From a virus (Duplodnaviria; Caudoviricetes): DNA of 25,883 nt. A model generated the notes under the pieces. It was not told the origin of the DNA. It was given only the letters and a program-made list of their open reading frames with translations, and made no database searches. Below are positions 10,701 through 16,462 of this stretch, piece by piece. The stretch is from positions 1 through 25,883 of the IMG/VR virus record IMGVR_UViG_3300035135_001025, one strand, 5' to 3'. The number at the start of each line of letters is the position of its first letter. Within the stretch, counting starts at the first letter, position 1. The translations under genes and the position numbers were made by a program.

Positions 10701-13700
10701 GATATTGAGTCTCTCGTTGGTATTTTGACAGTTGCAATTGGAAATAGCAGTCTTTCTTCTATTCCTGCAGTTGGATTTGGTACTGGTGATTGCGCTAACG
10801 TAAGATATTCTTTGCGTAATTATGTTGGTATTGTCACCAATATTATTGGAATTGGTACGGACCAAACACCATCTGTTATTACATCACCTTCTCTAACTAA
10901 AGGTGGTATTATAGTCGGTCTTTCATCATTCAAGTTGACTTCAAATTCTGAACCTCTATTTAAGAAGACTTTTGATTCTGGAGATTCTGCAGTTGTTGAT
11001 GTTGTCAATAATATCTTTACTTTCCAAAATCATAACTTCCAATCTGGTCAGGAATTAGTTTATAATCCACTAGGTGGTACAAGAATTGGTATTGCAACCA
11101 CATCTTATGCATCTGGTGAAAAAGATGTTGTCATGGAGGTTGATAATTTATCTGGTAGTGGTGTTAAAAATAATGGAATTGGACAACCAATTGCAGTAAC
11201 AGGTGTTGCAACTGTTCTTGTACCGCCTGGACCAACTACACAACTCTTTAATGACGTTGTTGGTACTGGTGCTACTAATGGTGAGGGAGTTGTAATTGAT
11301 GTTATAGTAACTTATGGCGCTGGTGACGGTGTTGCACTTTCTACAACTGGTTCTCTTGTTCAAGCTGGTAAGAACTTTGGTGTAGGTGAAGTTGTAACGA
11401 TTGGTGGCACATATTTCAATGGAACTTCACCTGCAAATGATTATACATTTACAGTTACATCTGTAGGACCTACTGGAATTCAAACCGAAGCAAATAACAC
11501 ATATGTAAGTGTTCCTGGTTCATCTACTGTTGGATCTGGCGCTTCATTTACTATCAGTAGAAATAACACGGGTCAAATTTTAGGTGCAACTGTTACTCAA
11601 GGTGGATCTGGTTATGCATCAACTTCTGTTATTACAGTTTCTGGAACCAATATCGGCGGTGTAACGCCTGGTGATGATATTACATTCTCCCCAAGTGTCT
11701 TAGGTAGAAATACTCTACCAGATTCTGTTTTCTTATTAAAAGAAAGTGATTCGGAATTTAAATTATCTGGATTGTCTACTGCACTACCATTTGATATTAC
11801 TTCTATTGGTGTAGGAACTGCTACAATTCAAATAAAAGATGCAAATGCAAGTACTAGTATTGCAATTGATGGTATTGTCCAGAATCAATTGAGAAGAAAA
11901 AATCTTGAGATTACTCTCGGATCCGCAGTTGGATTAACTACAGACCTAATTCAAGTTTCCGTTGGTATTAACTCAATTGTATCTGGTGATATTATCAATA
12001 CTGATAATGAATATATTTTAATCAAGTCTGTTGGTGCTGCAGGTACTGATATTCTTGAAGTTGAGAGGGAATATCTTGGTACAGTTGGTGCCGCGTATAC
12101 GGTTGGTGTTGCAGCAACTATTGTAAGTGGTGACTACAATATTGTTGGTGATACTATCTTCTTTACAACTCCACCTTATGGTAAAATTGGTCCAGTTGGT
12201 CTGGAAACTGGATCTACTTTCAACGGTAGAGCATTTAGTAGAAGATTTGATCCAGACAAGACTAAAGATAAGAATGTAGTCTTTGATGATATTTCTCTTG
12301 CATTCACTGGTATTGCTGCAACTGAGTTTGCTCTTAAAGTTAATGATGCTCCAACACAAACAGCATTTAATGATGTAAACAAAGGAACTGACATTAACAA
12401 CAATCCGTTCATCTTCATTAACAACGTTTTCCAACGTCCTAGACAAGACTTCACGGTTGATGGATCTTCAGAAAACGTTTTGAGATTCCTTTCTGGAACT
12501 CCAAGTGCTGGTAGAATCTCTAAGGTCGCAATTACCACTGGATTTGGGTATCAAACTCAACTCTCTGCAGCAGGTATTGCAAGTGTTGGTAATGGTGTTT
12601 CTGGACTGAGCACTAGTGTTGATCTCAATACTACCGATGTATCAGCATTAACTTTCAGTGCTGACGGAACTAAAGTTCTCTTTGCAGATAAGACAGGCAA
12701 CCCAGATGCAATCTTCGTCGGTACATTATCTACTGCATGGGCCATTGACAGTAATTCTGGATTTACTTCTACTTCCTTCAACCATGAAGGTGGTATGCAT
12801 GGTATGGCATTCAATGATGATGGAACTGAACTTTGGTTTACTGGAACATCAAATCGTACAATTAAAAAAATAACCCTTGCAACTGCTTACGACTATACAA
12901 CAAATGTAGGAACTTCTACAAATACAATTTCCACTTCAGATCTTGAATCTATTCAGGATCCAGTTATAGACAATGATATTGCACCAAGAGGTCTTGGTAT
13001 CTCTTCTACGGGATCATATGTTTATTTACTTGAGGAAAATGGAATCATTCAGATTAAGTTAGACACTGCTTGGGATCTTGATTCTTATAATGTTGGACTG
13101 AGTACTTTCATTCAAGTCGATGGTAATAATGGTAACTCTGCATTTGCTGGTGGACAGGTATTAAATTCTGCTAGAGGAATTGCTTTTGCTCATAATGATA
13201 CTTTCATGTATCTTGTTGATCAAGATACCGATAAAGTATTTGAATATAAGTTAACTACACCAGGTGATATAAGAACAGCATCCTTTGCAAGATCTCAATC
13301 AATTACTAATGATCCAACTGATTGTTTCTTTGCAGATAATAAGTTCTTTAATGTTACTACTAACAAGTTGGAAACATATAATTATACAGGTCAACCAGGA
13401 ACAATCTATGATGTTAAGTTGACTGGTGGCGGTAAGGGATATCAGTTCCCACCTGGCGTAAGTATTGCATCTTCTACTAATGTTAGCGTTGCGTCTTCTA
13501 TTACTGCAATTCTTGGAGCGGGTGGTACAGTAACTGCATTTGATGTTGTCATACCTGGTTTTGGTTATGATCCATCTAATCCAGTTTCGCTTATTGTTAC
13601 TGGACCAACTGGATATTCAAATATGGATCTTCATTATGCTGGTGTAAGTACTGGTATTGGTATTGAAGCAACCGCTAAAGTCACAATTGGCGTTGGATCT

Positions 13701-16421
13701 AGTATCAAGGATTTTGAAATTGATGATCATGGAAGAGCTTATAAAGTTGGTGACGTTCTAAAAGTACCAGGTCTTATCCAAGATCCAGCCCTTTCTGGAT
13801 CTTTTGAAGAATTCCAAATCACAGTAGAAGAAGTTCAAACTGATAAGTTTGCGGGATTCTATCCTGGTCAGTTTATTCTCTTTGATGATTTCTCTGATAA
13901 ATTTAATGGATTTAGGAAGAAATTTACTTTAACAGTTACTGAAAACGGAGTTACTGATATCTTGAGTCTAAGAAAACTCGAAGGTTCTGATTTGGTTCTT
14001 GAAAATAATTTGTTCATCTATATTAATGATATTCTACAGGAACCAAGAAAAGCTTATGAATTCCGTGGATCTAGAGTTATCTTCACTGAGGCGCCAAAAC
14101 CAAATTCAACTTGCACAGTGATGTTCTTTAGAGGTTCAAGTATTGACGTTCAAACTGTTAATCCTCCAGCAACTTTGAAAGAAGGCGATGGAGTAATCAT
14201 TGCTGAAAATAGAGAAGATCCTCTAGATAGAGATCAGTTTGAAAGAGTAATTAAAAAGATTCAAGCTTCTGATGAATTTGATACGTTTACTTATGCTAGT
14301 GTAGGTATTGACACTAATCCAGATAATATTAGACCATTGACCTGGAGAAAACAGGAATTTGATAGAGTTATTAATGGTTCCATTATTCCTAAATCAAGAC
14401 CAGGACTATCTGGAAAAGTTATTCCAAATGCTAGAGTTATTAATAACGTGAATCTCGGTGATACTGAGGTATATGTTGATAACGCTTTCCCAATCTTTAG
14501 TGAACTGGATACCATTAGTGAAGATGATAGACATGTAGTTATTGTGGATGAAAGAACCACACAAGTTGCAATTGCAACTGCGGTTGTTTCTTCTGCATCA
14601 ACTATTTCCTCCATTGTTCTTTCCGATGGCGGCGTTGGTTATGCATTTACAAATAATCCCGTTATCAATATTTCTTCTAGTGCTATTGGATCTAAAGATC
14701 CAATCAATGATTGGAAGACAACATCTGGACTGACTACCGACATATACACATTTAACGATGTTGAAAAAGGTAATGTATCCATTGCAGTTGGAAGTAGTTC
14801 TAGATATGCATTTAGTGCAGGATCTGATGTTTGGTTTGATAATACCGTTGGATTTGGAAACACAATTGTATTCAATTCTGTTGCAGTTGGTGGAACCAAC
14901 GTTTATATTACTGTTGGTGAATATGGATATGTAACTAAGAGTATTGGTTATGGTCAGACCATTGATTCAACTTGGACTCAACTAACTCTTAAAGAAGATA
15001 GATTGGAACCAGCGACTGGACAAACTAACACTGTAGATAGTACTTATGGTGAAAATGGACAACAACTTAAAGATATCGTTTACAACCCCAATCTCGATGT
15101 CTGGTCTATAGTTGGAACTGCTGGATCTATTTTCAAAGGTTCTGGAATTGGAACTACTACATTCACTAGTGTAACTTCCAATACTACTCAGAGTATTAAT
15201 AGTGTTGCTGGAAGTCCCTCTGGATTCATCGCTGTTGGAAATAACAGCACTATCTTGACATCACCAAATGGACAAATCTGGACTTCTACGAGTGTTCCAG
15301 GTGTCGCGGGTCAGAACTTGAATAAAGTAATTTATAGAAATGGAGTTTACGTTATTTGTGGTTCCAGTGGAACTATTATTACTGGAACTTCTCTTGCGGG
15401 ACTGAGCAAGGTGACAACTAATGTATCTGTTAATTTCGTAACCATTGAACTTGAAAACATCTATGTAGCTATTGATGATAGCGGTAAGATTTATTATTCT
15501 TTCGACCTCGAAACATGGATTGAAAGACCAGTCTCCGAAGTAGGATCTGCAACTCCTAAGAGTCTATTGTTCTCTGGTGATTATGGAGTTGTTGGTAGAT
15601 ATGTTGTAGTTGGTTCTGCTTCTACAATTGTAGTTTCCGACCAAGTATTCAATAGAGCAACCGCTCAAACATCTCAAACTGCTGGTGTTGTCACTTCAAT
15701 TACTATCACTAATGGTGGTTTTGGTTATTCACAAGATAATCCACCAGCAGTATTGATTGAAAGTCCTATCATCAAGAAAGAACAGATTGATTCTATTAAG
15801 GCCGTTGGTGATTTTGGCGCAATCATTGGTGTCACAACGTTCCCCGCCGGCACTCCTGGAATTGGAACCACGTCACCTAAGATTGAGTTTATACTGAAAT
15901 CTGAGACGTATGACAACACCGCTCTTGGAATTGGTTATTCTTCACTGAATACTTTTGGTGTATCTTACTCGCAACTTTCTAAGGGTGATTATTTCGTAAT
16001 TCAAAATAGTAATGTTGCAATTGGACGTACACTAGTTGGAATCACTACCTTGGATGGATTGAATGGTATGGCCAATTATCCAGATTCTGTTGTCGGTATC
16101 ATGCGTACCGAACAAGAATTTATTGATGGTGTCTATCGAGTTGAACAGGTAACTACTGCTCAAGCAGGTATTGTTACCGTAACTTGTAACTTCCAAGCGA
16201 ACGATTCTTCGGTTGCTGGTGATTCAATTCAAGTTTATCAGAGAGGTGCTGACGTTAGTGGAGTCAACACTAATGGATTCTACGGACATTATTCTTGGGG
16301 TAAAATTTACGACTTTAGAAATAGAGTTTTAGGAAAACCTCAAGCATTTACCGTTAATCGAGACCAAGGAATTGTTGGATTGGGCACTGCCCCATTCATT
16401 TACAGAACTAGGTCAATTTAA
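1782..16421 (+). CDS. gp7: Giant gp7-like baseplate wedge initiator / multidomain virion structural protein (4879 aa)
   Basis: Uninterrupted 14.6-kb ORF starting 1 nt after the gp6 stop and lying between gp6 and gp8. N-terminal IESQIPDF..FLKQYYKS and KDFYRAKGT..SYKILFKVLFG, and central YYQKFSYSIKS..WKEPVRSLVHPSGFKEF, are motifs I recognise from cyanomyophage gp7-like proteins. Many Gly/Thr/Ser/Val-rich beta repeats. Confidence 0.85.
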   Translation: MTEKRVSINEIIESQIPDFLLQDAPTFTSFLKQYYKSLDFRGGAADLAVNLKEYKNIEEFRIDNLIPYTASLTSITTIDDTIQVASTLGWPDKNGLLKIDDEIIHYQTKTATTFENCTRGFSGTDSIKSAEDTEFLSFRDSNSADHAAGTLVYNLSNLFLQEFFIKFKAEFLPGFENRKFTDGVDIQNILTRAKDFYRAKGTDTSYKILFKVLFGQDVEIIKPQDFMLVPSDNNYFITKNVLLEKVSGGDPLLIKGNPLLQNIAGVGTVSSSIYNIEYRPIDGRDFYEVSLDSSDFSNLFEASGKTRLLEDVPAGSDNILVDSTVGFSKAGNVHIKPKGSNNYINVSYTDKTTNQFLGCQGISAELEVNSSIVEDKFAYSYIGFGQTSRVDFLLTNVVDDIDFSATSNLKVDDVISLSGFGKDLRDFREFNSWLYNIPTDHTIESVSQVDSNKYRIKLFDSIIFYVGQLVSLSDEQSRTSQGTIVDIVYPSANEIKKYSQEVVVQITSTNHTISDSVILSKRILKGSHYNSAFNYISKIPTGVQNTYITPNEKDFYVTSTGMPNYQIFASDTKKPLSVVGVNTTEVINSTNHGFYNGENVYFIPTDAAAVGVDTGFYFISSIDKDNLSLSFSKADSFGDKHVSVTPNGGVVGNLFRASYENKNIQNQKLFKKFNLSKEKNFFDDKNRRSTDNRYIGMLGNGVEILSPTLFDENVFYGRIADIQVTNSGEDYDVINPPQLEIVDPQGSGCKAHVNVSGSVQEIKVLKAGVGYASKPDISITGGNGTGCVLESNLVKTRTVLQFKPTQPGIDIAANTINFGENHNLQVGEEVIYNSNKNANIGGLVGDSHYYVSTPTTQIVKLHSTPQDAAAGINTISITGISSGFHAIESLTVKNTISTIYVKEKGQGYSNRAVKIPSVNTIGNRSGINTYDSYIYARNHGFNSGEVVHYFTTNTVISGMQTGADYYIDVLDTNRFRVAIAGTIVPTENYDHKKFISFNDIGIGTHTFAYPKIVISINTTAEQGDIDIVEPELEPKILGSIDDVFVEDGGVSYGCTSQFNYHRRPDARTTKIQSKALLAPIIVDGTIVDVKIINKGHGYRLDSDIIINGEGNFADLVPTVESGKITSVKVLNGGVGYVNGSTTLSVEARGKNAKFLANVTNWKVNQVEKLKDQISDEDDGFLLPSRNETLGLQFVNFFVPKKLRYQLGDNFTQNNVETPNNKVHSPIIGFAYDGNPIYGPYGYQNILGGGIKQIKTGYEIDVDTTPGVRPTDPIFTAGFFVNDYVYNGTGDLDENNGRYCKTPEYPDGTYAYFVSQNTDQTGKSQPTYPYFIGPYFHSQPIEENFLPSINQDVDIAAHGLTRNVSQYYITSNNSKYRPIDKVDEKFKQEFRVSEIRTSGIKDTAVFSPGDGYKVGDSLVIKNRGESGGGANIAISKIKGKTVDTFGVNETVTSGVVFDLKKLDTVECKLTDPHEILNNETINISGISTTSAKSVEGDRVVSIRNKTTKLTADMISATGVTTTIFVNDISGFRVEDMIGIGTEICRIIRIDDKNSAFDINRLEYPGIHTAFNDNHLVTLKPTVFEITLNPDEVPDDYVYTNEVTYFDPKVTVGTGTTGSVREVLGVGGTIVEYRTVPKSSIYIPGHKFYTGQELKYHVGLAGTSLYINNVGSGVSISLVNGQSVYAVNLGHDHVGISTIGFTSTTGIGTQLNAAEFVNFDSSFPLIGAAHSFATVNKEITGTIERYSATVGTAVSHGLASGDRITFSINNREVDSISVFYNPVIRKMTTGPVSFGASDISITDNTIDLSGKKIEQGEKVVYISDNPADGLVNNKCYFVFKTDKDKIKLTEYFSDIDKGITVNIDTVGGSDHNLYRVNPPLKFIKNDTISFDISDSSVAEMDLEFYEDPDFTRRLEIVGNNEEGFSITREGTPGTADAKVQIKTTNSSIPSALYYTLIPKGPADPRKSEISRDLKVVGANKIDIVPHSLNSDYIITVSDNTNYLFNLNRRPTDAEKSSYNSSNTTVTYTTTSKTASGPIDKLRINFAGVGYDRLPLIDSIKTVKGKDANIKLISDDIGKVEKYERVKDGFDYPTDPTLSPLLSTPSVVGIKDIRTIDYIGITTGGRGYNQTPTLIVPDKTSIKLIPTLEGGSITKVEVAENAIDFSSALDIVTIHHSQGFDIDFFTINGSSITAELSNADILTSGVTTAFPFDVGDEVFVEGCRLTAATDHLANFNSDAYDYKFFKVTGISTTNNTVTYDMTGITTGTFGVYDDGITLGYLVNKKQVPQFEMVLKDDVAYLSKEKVTGPTFSGIAMEGGWDNDLNQLRVGRSFGQLRTGDKLTGESSKVIGTVEYFSIFNLSSTLGISRDKVAELDKSVGILNDFQQRISDNFYYQKFSYSIKSQLSYDKWKEPVRSLVHPSGFKEFSDFEFITKPTTSEVSVGIAKSADLKPIVVDSTSSLLVNIDQLVSFNDRVGFNMVYEEDLLPDGSTQKIFMDGGIPIKSFILSKTNKVIKIDDISDQFNGSSEQKLDGTYADASDLLDLNRQFLIDEVLAKVNYNYVSFASSTSYDAEAFKAKTGRVIDAVSSDLKYNANNHTVSVASSYWSGGNSIGINTTETIYGFNYLRFLGQYVVNNQTPPTYYQTGTPQQFNLSVLQDPANDYFVLNHDARDLIVENKREILDKALASVAIPYPTFIIPGSTANEEQNRYAIGYKLIKENQQQIIDETMTSGIAQYTGISTQETKARMILGRFVDAVATDLFTGGNRYARQEALYYFDGPFPDNDKLVIKAEETNYLFDVARNKMRIAVRNGMGVTYAASEGPPVYGVGTTVSNTAVDACQDVQNTIITLSAVVTGPIGVATLTSLPGENVGTYSTGVAKCYRDLKYIVDGVAQDIAYDTNQHTVRNTKFYFDAQGNQKTDGLVYEEAESIYIFRSAMDYMKKAVRNELYYTDDTIVPLNLPGVGASAYTASIQTDIESLVGILTVAIGNSSLSSIPAVGFGTGDCANVRYSLRNYVGIVTNIIGIGTDQTPSVITSPSLTKGGIIVGLSSFKLTSNSEPLFKKTFDSGDSAVVDVVNNIFTFQNHNFQSGQELVYNPLGGTRIGIATTSYASGEKDVVMEVDNLSGSGVKNNGIGQPIAVTGVATVLVPPGPTTQLFNDVVGTGATNGEGVVIDVIVTYGAGDGVALSTTGSLVQAGKNFGVGEVVTIGGTYFNGTSPANDYTFTVTSVGPTGIQTEANNTYVSVPGSSTVGSGASFTISRNNTGQILGATVTQGGSGYASTSVITVSGTNIGGVTPGDDITFSPSVLGRNTLPDSVFLLKESDSEFKLSGLSTALPFDITSIGVGTATIQIKDANASTSIAIDGIVQNQLRRKNLEITLGSAVGLTTDLIQVSVGINSIVSGDIINTDNEYILIKSVGAAGTDILEVEREYLGTVGAAYTVGVAATIVSGDYNIVGDTIFFTTPPYGKIGPVGLETGSTFNGRAFSRRFDPDKTKDKNVVFDDISLAFTGIAATEFALKVNDAPTQTAFNDVNKGTDINNNPFIFINNVFQRPRQDFTVDGSSENVLRFLSGTPSAGRISKVAITTGFGYQTQLSAAGIASVGNGVSGLSTSVDLNTTDVSALTFSADGTKVLFADKTGNPDAIFVGTLSTAWAIDSNSGFTSTSFNHEGGMHGMAFNDDGTELWFTGTSNRTIKKITLATAYDYTTNVGTSTNTISTSDLESIQDPVIDNDIAPRGLGISSTGSYVYLLEENGIIQIKLDTAWDLDSYNVGLSTFIQVDGNNGNSAFAGGQVLNSARGIAFAHNDTFMYLVDQDTDKVFEYKLTTPGDIRTASFARSQSITNDPTDCFFADNKFFNVTTNKLETYNYTGQPGTIYDVKLTGGGKGYQFPPGVSIASSTNVSVASSITAILGAGGTVTAFDVVIPGFGYDPSNPVSLIVTGPTGYSNMDLHYAGVSTGIGIEATAKVTIGVGSSIKDFEIDDHGRAYKVGDVLKVPGLIQDPALSGSFEEFQITVEEVQTDKFAGFYPGQFILFDDFSDKFNGFRKKFTLTVTENGVTDILSLRKLEGSDLVLENNLFIYINDILQEPRKAYEFRGSRVIFTEAPKPNSTCTVMFFRGSSIDVQTVNPPATLKEGDGVIIAENREDPLDRDQFERVIKKIQASDEFDTFTYASVGIDTNPDNIRPLTWRKQEFDRVINGSIIPKSRPGLSGKVIPNARVINNVNLGDTEVYVDNAFPIFSELDTISEDDRHVVIVDERTTQVAIATAVVSSASTISSIVLSDGGVGYAFTNNPVINISSSAIGSKDPINDWKTTSGLTTDIYTFNDVEKGNVSIAVGSSSRYAFSAGSDVWFDNTVGFGNTIVFNSVAVGGTNVYITVGEYGYVTKSIGYGQTIDSTWTQLTLKEDRLEPATGQTNTVDSTYGENGQQLKDIVYNPNLDVWSIVGTAGSIFKGSGIGTTTFTSVTSNTTQSINSVAGSPSGFIAVGNNSTILTSPNGQIWTSTSVPGVAGQNLNKVIYRNGVYVICGSSGTIITGTSLAGLSKVTTNVSVNFVTIELENIYVAIDDSGKIYYSFDLETWIERPVSEVGSATPKSLLFSGDYGVVGRYVVVGSASTIVVSDQVFNRATAQTSQTAGVVTSITITNGGFGYSQDNPPAVLIESPIIKKEQIDSIKAVGDFGAIIGVTTFPAGTPGIGTTSPKIEFILKSETYDNTALGIGYSSLNTFGVSYSQLSKGDYFVIQNSNVAIGRTLVGITTLDGLNGMANYPDSVVGIMRTEQEFIDGVYRVEQVTTAQAGIVTVTCNFQANDSSVAGDSIQVYQRGADVSGVNTNGFYGHYSWGKIYDFRNRVLGKPQAFTVNRDQGIVGLGTAPFIYRTRSI
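5448..5786 (+). other. YHYH-like domain core within gp7
   Basis: HSPIIGFAYDGNPIYGPYGY...GDLDENNGRYCKTPEYPDGTYAYF...YPYFIGP matches the C-terminal half of the YHYH family signature, with YAYF where Y-H-Y-H is expected. Confidence 0.75.
9378..10850 (+). repeat. Three nested copies of an alpha-helical protein repeat within gp7
   Basis: Four motif classes each occur three times. A: DASDLLDLNRQFL / DARDLIVENKREI / IGYKLIKENQQQI. B: VIDAVSSDLKYNAN / FVDAVATDLFTGGN / IVDGVAQDIAYDTN. C: ETIYGFNYL / ETNYLFDVA / ESIYIFRSA. D: CQDVQNTIITL..VVT..IG / TASIQTDIESL..ILT..IG / CANVRYSLRNY..IVT..IG. Confidence 0.75.
12597..13397 (+). repeat. Beta-propeller-like repeat module 1 within gp7 (LSTAW / LxTAWD-type blades)
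   Basis: Roughly 50-60-aa repeats: ALTFSADGTKVLF..LSTAWAID; GMAFNDDGTELWF..LATAYDYT; GLGISSTGSYVYL..LDTAWDLD; GIAFAHNDTFMYL..LTTPGDIR; a partial fifth, DCFFADNKFF. Confidence 0.75.
14712..15641 (+). repeat. Beta-propeller-like repeat module 2 within gp7 (BNR/Ycf48-like blades)
   Basis: Roughly 40-aa repeats: FNDVEKGNVSIAVG..W; FNSVAVG..YITVGEYG..W; LKDIVY..WSIVGTAGSIF; INSVAG..FIAVGNNSTILTSPNGQIW; LNKVIY..YVICGSSGTII; YVAIDDSGKIYYSFDLETW; YVVVGSASTIVVS. Confidence 0.78.
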
Positions 16422-16424
16422 ATC

Positions 16425-16432
16425 AATAAATA
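16425..16432 (+). promoter_or_regulatory. T4-type (gp55-dependent) late promoter motif AATAAATA upstream of gp8
   Basis: In the 41-nt gp7-gp8 intergenic gap, 30 nt before the ATG. Matches T4 TATAAATA at 7/8 and the cyanophage NATAAATA consensus. Confidence 0.75.
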
Positions 16433-16462
16433 CTAAGAAGGAAAACCCCTGTTTGTTCTAAA

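Larger units (their letters stand above)
3549..11075 (+). repeat. Dispersed H-x-[FL]-x-x-G-[EQD]-x-[VLI]-x-[YF] small beta-domain repeats in gp7
   Basis: NHGFYNGENVYF, NHNLQVGEEVIY, NHGFNSGEVVHY, GHKFYTGQELKY, SHGLASGDRITF, NHNFQSGQELVY and degenerate KIEQGEKVVY. Several are followed by [YF]Y[VI]...D...[FIL].L. Coordinates give the approximate span, not one contiguous array. Confidence 0.7.

Noticed and set aside
14712-15641. Auxiliary metabolic gene Ycf48/HCF136
   Set aside because: It is an internal domain of a virion protein, without its own start or signal peptide. Only the generic propeller blade pattern is shared.
16422-16462. Rho-independent terminator between gp7 and gp8
   Set aside because: Only a weak AGG/CCT pairing around GAAGGAAAACCCCT followed by an interrupted T-run. 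The gap is better explained by the late promoter.
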